This document shows, piece by piece, positions 61,965 through 64,000 of a stretch of DNA of 64,000 nucleotides (the stretch's first letter is position 1; the number at the start of each line of letters is the position of its first letter). Source of the DNA: Alphaproteobacteria bacterium (lineage in GTDB: Bacteria > Pseudomonadota > Alphaproteobacteria > Micavibrionales > Micavibrionaceae); assembly GCA_013215815.1 (NCBI GenBank), contig JABSQP010000009.1, positions 4,598 through 68,597 on the forward strand, given 5' to 3'. Both the position numbers and the translations under genes were made by a program. Below the pieces are notes generated by a model. It saw only the letters and a list, made by a program, of their open reading frames with translations, searched no databases and was not told the DNA's origin.

Positions 61965-62701
61965 TATATATTTTCTGTTCTAAATGACTTTAATCTTAGT
62001 TTCGTCAAATGTGTTTCTGTACCTTGCTGATTATCCAGTGTTTTACCTTTAAAGTAATTCTTTTGCCATTCCTCTTCACGAGCATCTGTACCAGGCATAT
62101 CAAGGTCTTTATTGAAAGCAATGCGTTCCTTTGCCCACGTCGTGTGCTCTATGTTCAATCCGAAATCAGATGACATTGGCTTAATAACCGGATCTACGGT
62201 CTGTAAAACTTCTCTTTGAACTGGAAACACACTACAAAAAGGCATCCCTTTTTCGAAAGTCACCCACTCACCTGGTTTTGAAATCTTCCAATTCATCGTA
62301 AAGCTATAAGGCGACCAGTCTGTTTCAATTACGCCCGTGAGGGGATAAGCAAAATCACACGGCGTGTTCGGTGATCCACCTGCCATCAAATTCCATTCAG
62401 GTTCTGTTCTAAAAACACCATGAATGAAGAACGTTAAAATACCATCACCAAAAGCAGAAGCGCACACATTCGCCATTTGCTGAGATTTATCTATCTTGAG
62501 ACTACTTTTTCCTTTACCCCCATCCCAGAAGGCACGTACATCTTGCTCTAAATGGAAAGACCAACCATGCGCGTTGGCGATACTCAAAGGTAGGCAACGG
62601 TATGCATATTTGTCAGGTGTCTGATCCATCCAATCACGCGTCGGTGAATTAGGTCTTAAATCATAACTGTGACCATCAACTACATAAAATTCTAGCTTCA
62701 T
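61961..62701 (-). CDS. DUF6065-like protein
   Basis: RDWMD....AYRCLPL.IAN.HGW, FG.GILTF, L.G.IETDW.P..FTMNW, WQK.YF.G. Confidence 0.8.
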   Translation of the reverse strand: MKLEFYVVDGHSYDLRPNSPTRDWMDQTPDKYAYRCLPLSIANAHGWSFHLEQDVRAFWDGGKGKSSLKIDKSQQMANVCASAFGDGILTFFIHGVFRTEPEWNLMAGGSPNTPCDFAYPLTGVIETDWSPYSFTMNWKISKPGEWVTFEKGMPFCSVFPVQREVLQTVDPVIKPMSSDFGLNIEHTTWAKERIAFNKDLDMPGTDAREEEWQKNYFKGKTLDNQQGTETHLTKLRLKSFRTENIY

Positions 62702-62710
62702 TTTCTACCT

Positions 62711-63385
62711 CTAATTAGTTCTATATTCTCCGGCGGCAATAATAGCACCCGTAGCTTTATCCTGAGCATAAATTGCAAAACCAGCATGCTTGCTTTTCAG
62801 CATTGGTGCAAATACTTCGTCTCGTTTTACCCCATTCCATGCTCCCAAAGGCAGCATAACATCAACGACATTTACAAAATTACGACGACGAAGGCTTCTT
62901 CGACCCTCATAAATCACAAGCCATAAATCGCTAGATCTGTTCTCTACCTGCGGTAGAGAATAAGAGAATACATATGGCGCACGACGTGTAATAGAAATGC
63001 TCTCCACACCTTTAGAGGCCTTCATCAATGCCGCGGAAACTTCATTCTGACGAACACCAACTGCACTATGTTGCCCATTAAAAACAAATTGCGGTGTAAA
63101 TGGTGATTTACCTCTTAAATAACGAACATAATCGAACTGTCGCTGCGTACATGCTGCACGTCCCAAATCACTTTTTCCTGGAAAATAGGTCACATGACAC
63201 CCAAGAGCTATAATATGATTTTCTTGGGACAGTTTCTCTAGCAACGCGTCTGCAGGCGGACACGCCGGGCAAAATTCTGATGTAAATAATTCAGCAAGAA
63301 TTACAGGCTTTTCTGCATGCGCCTGATACGGCGTAAGCACTAGTAAACTAAGGGCAAACAATGAAAAAAGAATCTTTTTGATCAT
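62711..63385 (-). CDS. DUF1223 secreted thioredoxin-fold protein
   Basis: Signal peptide; ELFTS..C..CPPAD, HV.Y, RQ..Y, TPQ...NG. Confidence 0.9.
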   Translation of the reverse strand: MIKKILFSLFALSLLVLTPYQAHAEKPVILAELFTSEFCPACPPADALLEKLSQENHIIALGCHVTYFPGKSDLGRAACTQRQFDYVRYLRGKSPFTPQFVFNGQHSAVGVRQNEVSAALMKASKGVESISITRRAPYVFSYSLPQVENRSSDLWLVIYEGRRSLRRRNFVNVVDVMLPLGAWNGVKRDEVFAPMLKSKHAGFAIYAQDKATGAIIAAGEYRTN

Positions 63386-63444
63386 GACGACAAACTAAGG
63401 CATGATGCGCAAAAAACAAGGTATAAATAAGGATAAATCGAGCC

Positions 63445-63957
63445 ATGGCTGATGCATCAACATACACAAAAGATTTCCCTGTTTCGTGGGACGAACTTCA
63501 CAGAAACGGCAAAGCGCTAGCTTGGAAGCTTTTGGATAAAGGGCCATTAGAAAACGGTAAGTGGAAAGGCATTATCGGGATCACAAGAGGTGGTCTTGTA
63601 CCTGCCTGTATCGTTGCGCGCGAACTCGAAGTCCTCAATGTCGAAACATTGTGTATTTCAAGTTATGACGTCAAAGACCAATCAGAGACTAAAGTTTTAA
63701 AACGCCCTGCTGCAGTCGATGCGGATGGCAATGGAGATGGTGAAGGTTGGCTCGTCGTCGACGATCTCGTTGATACAGGAAAGACTTTTGAGATTGCCCG
63801 CGAAATGTATCCAAAAGCGCACTTCTCATGCATTTTTACAAAACCAAAAGGTGAGAAGCTAGCCGATACTTTTGTAACAGCTTTTTCACAAGACACATGG
63901 GTACACTTTCCATGGGATTTGGAAAATCAATACGCAACACCACTAGCGCGTAAGTAA
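63445..63957 (+). CDS. gpt: Xanthine-guanine phosphoribosyltransferase
   Basis: VSWD, TRGGLVPA, PRPP loop VVDDLVDTGKT, QDTW..FPWD. Confidence 0.95.
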   Translation: MADASTYTKDFPVSWDELHRNGKALAWKLLDKGPLENGKWKGIIGITRGGLVPACIVARELEVLNVETLCISSYDVKDQSETKVLKRPAAVDADGNGDGEGWLVVDDLVDTGKTFEIAREMYPKAHFSCIFTKPKGEKLADTFVTAFSQDTWVHFPWDLENQYATPLARK

Positions 63958-64000
63958 GATACTAAAAAGAAAGAGTAAAAATCGAAGCTGGTGCCTTCAA

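Overview
Chromosomal window of an AT-leaning alphaproteobacterium. Markers are a permuted two-piece tmRNA, alpha-type SspB, GapR, a hemC-hemD-Mic60-hemY cluster, COQ9/COQ8-type genes and CtrA-like boxes; a Micavibrio-like lineage is a guess only. The window opens on a probable rRNA-operon promoter and leader on the minus strand. It then carries a surface-polysaccharide cluster, the hem/Mic60 operon, tsaD-gpsA, an orphan DotI/IcmL homologue, tRNA-Arg(CCG), sspB and ssrA, thyA-folA, mrp, hflKC-degP-miaA, an attenuator-controlled ilvBNC operon, a divergent two-partner secretion pair with a 2329-aa beta-helical TpsA, a DUF4956/CotH/VTC three-gene operon, tRNA-Tyr, rlmB, polA and gpt. The two best candidates for undescribed biology are (1) an unannotated transcript of about 260 nt at about 23070-23330 (minus strand) with a near-consensus promoter under tandem NrdR boxes, a structured leader and a 30-aa ORF, but no nrd gene, and (2) the DUF4956-CotH-VTC operon, hypothesised to couple cytoplasmic polyphosphate synthesis to extracytoplasmic phosphorylation. 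All family calls come from motif recognition by eye; no database search was run.
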